Assembly: GCA_963782055.1 (NCBI GenBank)
Contig: CAWAIF010000003.1
Coordinates: forward strand, 6,823,948 to 6,887,947
Length of the DNA stretch: 64,000 nt
Source of the DNA: an uncultured delta proteobacterium
GTDB lineage: Bacteria > Myxococcota_A > Polyangia > Polyangiales > Polyangiaceae
Direction: 5' to 3'
Positions within the stretch are counted from its first letter, which is position 1; each line of letters begins with the position of its first letter. Shown here in pieces: positions 60,739 through 64,000 of the stretch. The notes below the pieces were generated by a model, which was given only the letters and a program-made list of their open reading frames with translations, had not been told where the DNA came from and made no database searches. The position numbers and the translations under genes were made by a program.

Positions 60739-61268
60739 GGCGCGCGGCGGCGGCGGCGATCGCCGCGGGGGCGATGGGGGCGGCGGCGATCGTGGCGTGC
60801 ACCTCCTCGTCGCGCGTGGTGCAGGCGCCCATGCTCCCCGTCGGGTACGTCATGCCGGTGGAGGACGCCGGCGCCGACGGCGACGCCGCGACAGGCCGCA
60901 AGGTGCTGGCGGGCACCTACAAGGGCGTGGGCATCCAGAGCAACGGCCCGGAGTGGCCGATGCTGGTGCACTTCGCCGCCGGCGGCGGCGCGGTGGTGCA
61001 CGCCTCGGTGCGCTACCCCTCGCTCGGCTGCGTGGCGGAGTGGAAGCTGCAGCGGGAGGGCCGAGGCGGCCAGTGGACCGGCGTGGAGAACGTGGTGAGC
61101 GGCAAGCGCTGCATCGCCTTCGGAGTGATCCACGTGGAGTGGGTCGACGACGTCACGCTCAAGTGGGACTGGCACGACACGACCAAGAAGCTGGGCGCGC
61201 GGGCGACGCTGACGAAGGACGTGACCGGACGAAACCCGTTCCGCGATCGCGAGCCGGACTTCCCCTGA
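60735..61268 (+). CDS. Small lipoprotein of unknown function. Its GTG start overlaps the hydrolase stop (GTGA).
   Basis: ..AAAIVACTSS lipobox. Coding bias. Confidence 0.5.
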   Translation: MRRAAAAAIAAGAMGAAAIVACTSSSRVVQAPMLPVGYVMPVEDAGADGDAATGRKVLAGTYKGVGIQSNGPEWPMLVHFAAGGGAVVHASVRYPSLGCVAEWKLQREGRGGQWTGVENVVSGKRCIAFGVIHVEWVDDVTLKWDWHDTTKKLGARATLTKDVTGRNPFRDREPDFP

Positions 61269-61271
61269 CCC

Positions 61272-63200
61272 TCACCCGTCCAGCACCTCACGCACCTTCC
61301 GCAGCAGCCTGGAGTGAGTGATGGGCTTCGGGAGGAAGGGCACGCCCTCCTCCAGGATGGGCCGCCCGCCGACTGTGCCCGTGTACCCCGACATGAACAG
61401 CACCTTCGTGCCGGCGCGCGCGGCGGTGAGACGCTCCGCGAGCCGGTGGCCGTTCATCCCGGGCATCACCACGTCGGTCACCAGCAGGTGGATCTCGCCG
61501 CGGTGCTCCTCGCTCAGGCGGAGCGCCTCGGAAGGGTCCCCCGCCGCGAGCACGGCGTAGCCCGTGCGCCGCAGGATCGCCACGAGCACCTTGCGAAGGT
61601 GCGCCTCGTCCTCCACGAGCAAGATGGTCTCGCCGGTCCGGTGTGCCGGGGCGAGCGACGGACGCGCTTCCGCCGCCACGCTGGTCGCCACCGCGCGGGG
61701 GAACAGCAGGCTGAACGTCGTCCCGGCGCCGGGGTCACTCTTGACGCGGATCGACCCGCCGCTCTGCTCCACGATGCCGAGGACGGTGGCCAGACCGAGC
61801 CCGGTGCCCTTGCCCACCTCCTTGGTGGTGAAGAAGGGGTCGAAGATCCGACTCCGCGTCGCCTCGTCCATGCCCTCGCCCGTGTCCGCGACGGTCAGCC
61901 GCACGTGAGGCCCGTGCTTCACGCTCGAAGGCCCCTGCGCGCCGCCCGACGGCGGCTCCACGTTGGACGTCTCGATCGTCAGCGTCCCGCCGCCCGGCAT
62001 CGCGTCGCGCGCGTTGACGGCGAGGTTCATCAGCACCTGCTCGATCTGTCCCGGGTCCACCTTCACCGTCCACAGCGAGGGGGCCGGGCGGATGATCAGC
62101 TCCACGTCCTCTCCGAGGAGGCGTCTCAACATTCGCTCGATGCCGGCGAGAGACTGGTTGAGGTCGACGACGCGCGGCTGGAGAACCTGCCGGCGGCTGA
62201 AGGCGAGGAGCTGGCCGGTCAGCTCCGCGGCGCGGCGCCCTGCCTTCTCGATCTCCGAGAGGTCCTCGTAAAGCGGGTTGGAGGGGTCGAGGCTCTCGAC
62301 GGCCATCGTCGCGTAGCTCAGGATGACGGAGAGGACGTTGTTGAAGTCGTGCGCGACACCCCCGGCGAGGCGACCGACAGCCTCCATCTTCTGGGCTTGA
62401 CGGAGCTTGTCCTCCATCCGCCTCTGCTCGGTCACGTCCTTGGCGTAGACGATCATGCACCGGCAATCCCGGACGAGCACCGTCTGCCCGGTGATCTGGG
62501 CATCGATCGGGGTGCCGTCCTTCTTCCTGTGCTTCCAGAGGCCGTAGTCGAGCACCCCGGGCTGGGCGCTCCCCGCCAGCTCGATCAACCTGGGGGCCTC
62601 CTCCGGAGGGCGTATGTCGGTCACCCGCATCCGCAAGAACTCCTCCCGCGAGTACCCGTAGTGCTTGATGGCCGCCTCGTTGACCGCGAGGAAGCGCATC
62701 GTCTCGATGTCGAAGACCCACGTCGGCATGGGGCTGTTGTCGAACAGCCCGCGGTACTCCGCCTCCGACTCGCGCAGCGCCTCCTCGCTCTCGCGAAGCC
62801 GCTGCTCGACCCGCGAGCGCTCGGTCACGTCGCGCTGGATCGCCAGGAAGCCGATGATCTGGCCGCGCTCGTCCAGCATCGGGTTGGCGGTCGCCTCGAT
62901 GTGCACGAGCCGGCCGTCCTTGGTCTTGTTGATGACCTCGACCGGGACGACCTCCTTGGAGAGGAGCCTGGCCCACAGGTCCTGGTAGAAGGTGGCGTCC
63001 TGCATGCCGGACTTCAGGATGCGCGGCGTGAACCCCACCGCCTCGGCGCGCGTGAAGCCGTAGAGCCTCTCGAACGCAGGGTTGACGTAGGTGATCGTGC
63101 CGTCGGGGGTGGTGGTGAAGATGATGTCGCTGGAGCGCTCCACCGCGAGCCTGAATGTCGGCTCCCCCTGCGCGTCGCTCCGGCGTGCTCGATCGTCCAT
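61272..63200 (-). CDS. Hybrid sensor histidine kinase/response regulator with two PAS domains
   Basis: PAS (..ITYVNPAFERLYGFTRAEAVG..), HisKA H-box AGGVAHDFNNVL, HATPase_c (..DTGEGMDEATRSRIFDPFFTTKEVGKGTGLGLATV..), REC (..LLVEDEAHLR..D..MPGMNG..). Confidence 0.85.
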   Translation of the reverse strand: MDDRARRSDAQGEPTFRLAVERSSDIIFTTTPDGTITYVNPAFERLYGFTRAEAVGFTPRILKSGMQDATFYQDLWARLLSKEVVPVEVINKTKDGRLVHIEATANPMLDERGQIIGFLAIQRDVTERSRVEQRLRESEEALRESEAEYRGLFDNSPMPTWVFDIETMRFLAVNEAAIKHYGYSREEFLRMRVTDIRPPEEAPRLIELAGSAQPGVLDYGLWKHRKKDGTPIDAQITGQTVLVRDCRCMIVYAKDVTEQRRMEDKLRQAQKMEAVGRLAGGVAHDFNNVLSVILSYATMAVESLDPSNPLYEDLSEIEKAGRRAAELTGQLLAFSRRQVLQPRVVDLNQSLAGIERMLRRLLGEDVELIIRPAPSLWTVKVDPGQIEQVLMNLAVNARDAMPGGGTLTIETSNVEPPSGGAQGPSSVKHGPHVRLTVADTGEGMDEATRSRIFDPFFTTKEVGKGTGLGLATVLGIVEQSGGSIRVKSDPGAGTTFSLLFPRAVATSVAAEARPSLAPAHRTGETILLVEDEAHLRKVLVAILRRTGYAVLAAGDPSEALRLSEEHRGEIHLLVTDVVMPGMNGHRLAERLTAARAGTKVLFMSGYTGTVGGRPILEEGVPFLPKPITHSRLLRKVREVLDG

Positions 63201-63284
63201 GTGACCAGCCTTCCAGCATACCGCCGGACCAGCCCTGGTGTCACCGGGGACCCAATGCTTGGAGCAGCTCTACCGCAGGGTCAG

Positions 63285-64000
63285 CTACTTTCCAGTCTTG
63301 GAGATCATCCCGCCGCCGGCGTTGATCCAGTAGACGCTGGTCGAATCCACCGCGATGCAGTTGGGGCCGTTCTGCTTCGTGGCGAGGGTCGCGTCGTTCT
63401 GGCCCGCCACCGTGGCGCGGTGGACCTCCCCGGTGCTGGGCTTGTAGGGCTGGACGTTGGACTGCTCGGCGTACCAGAGGGAGGTGCCGTCGGTCTCCAC
63501 GCCGTTGATGTAGGCCAGGCCGGAGGAGATCACGGGCGTCGGGGCGGCCGCGGTCGCGCCCAGGTCGATGGACAGGATGGCGGCTTTGTTCTGCGGGTAC
63601 GCGCCGAAGTAGGCGTTCTTCGAGTCGATGGCGATGTAGCCCACGCCGCCCACCTGGGTGGTCATCGTCGTCACGTTGCCGCCGGCGATGGGCACGCGCT
63701 TCACCAGGCCGGAGGTGTGGTCGGTGAAGTAGACGTTGGTCGCGTCGACGCGCAGGTGGGTGGCGTGGCCCTGGCCCGAGGGCCCGGCGAGCTTGATGGG
63801 GTTGGGCGTCGTCTTGTCGCTCTTCCAGACCGAGCCGTCGCCGGCGTTGGCCCAGTAGACGTTGTTGGCGTCCACGACGACGTCGACCGGAACCGACTGC
63901 CCGCTGGCGATGGGCGTGGCCGACCCGCCGCCCACCGGGATGCGCTGGACGGTGCCGTTGTTGACGCCGGCCCCCTCGTCGGCGAAGAAGAGGTCGGTCC
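63285..64000 (-). CDS. Secreted beta-propeller repeat protein (VYW family relative). The N-terminus lies beyond the window end.
   Basis: Repeated ..NNVYWANAG.. / ..TNVYFTD.. / ..TSVYWINAG.. motifs. The ORF runs off the 3' edge. Confidence 0.5.
   Translation of the reverse strand, partial: TDLFFADEGAGVNNGTVQRIPVGGGSATPIASGQSVPVDVVVDANNVYWANAGDGSVWKSDKTTPNPIKLAGPSGQGHATHLRVDATNVYFTDHTSGLVKRVPIAGGNVTTMTTQVGGVGYIAIDSKNAYFGAYPQNKAAILSIDLGATAAAPTPVISSGLAYINGVETDGTSLWYAEQSNVQPYKPSTGEVHRATVAGQNDATLATKQNGPNCIAVDSTSVYWINAGGGMISKTGK

Overview
This is a very GC-rich (~70%) chromosomal segment that looks deltaproteobacterial, probably Myxococcales. One protein ends in a MYXO-CTERM-like sorting tail, the window is full of lipoproteins with RRR signal peptides and lipoboxes, and several Cys-rich secreted families are expanded into paralogs. 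Because of the GC content most long ORFs in the supplied track are frame or antisense artefacts. Real genes were chosen from recognisable protein families, signal peptides, third-position GC and ATGA/GTGA translational-coupling overlaps.

The core gene content is housekeeping. It includes rtcB, rpsI-rplM, grpE-dnaK, a phoH/HD-GYP operon, a TldD/PmbA peptidase pair, two acyl-CoA dehydrogenases, tamB-bamA, a SurA-like chaperone, a UDP-glucose pyrophosphorylase-family enzyme, a SpoU methyltransferase and a PAS hybrid histidine kinase. The accessory content includes two HipA/HTH toxin-antitoxin-like modules, each sitting in a duplicated segment, and a dispersed GC-rich palindromic repeat family.

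The most unusual observation is three independent genes with the same 5' layout: an SD-preceded ATG, then a short-unit repeat tract inside the reading frame, (GCAA)6, (CGAGG)6 or (CGACGAG)~12, then a lipoprotein signal peptide encoded in a different frame from the ATG. This resembles slipped-strand phase-variable loci, and all three appear to be in the OFF state. Several further paralogs carry single-nucleotide frameshifts or a nonsense codon. No rRNA, tRNA or CRISPR arrays were found. Coordinates I derived myself may be off by 1-3 nt.
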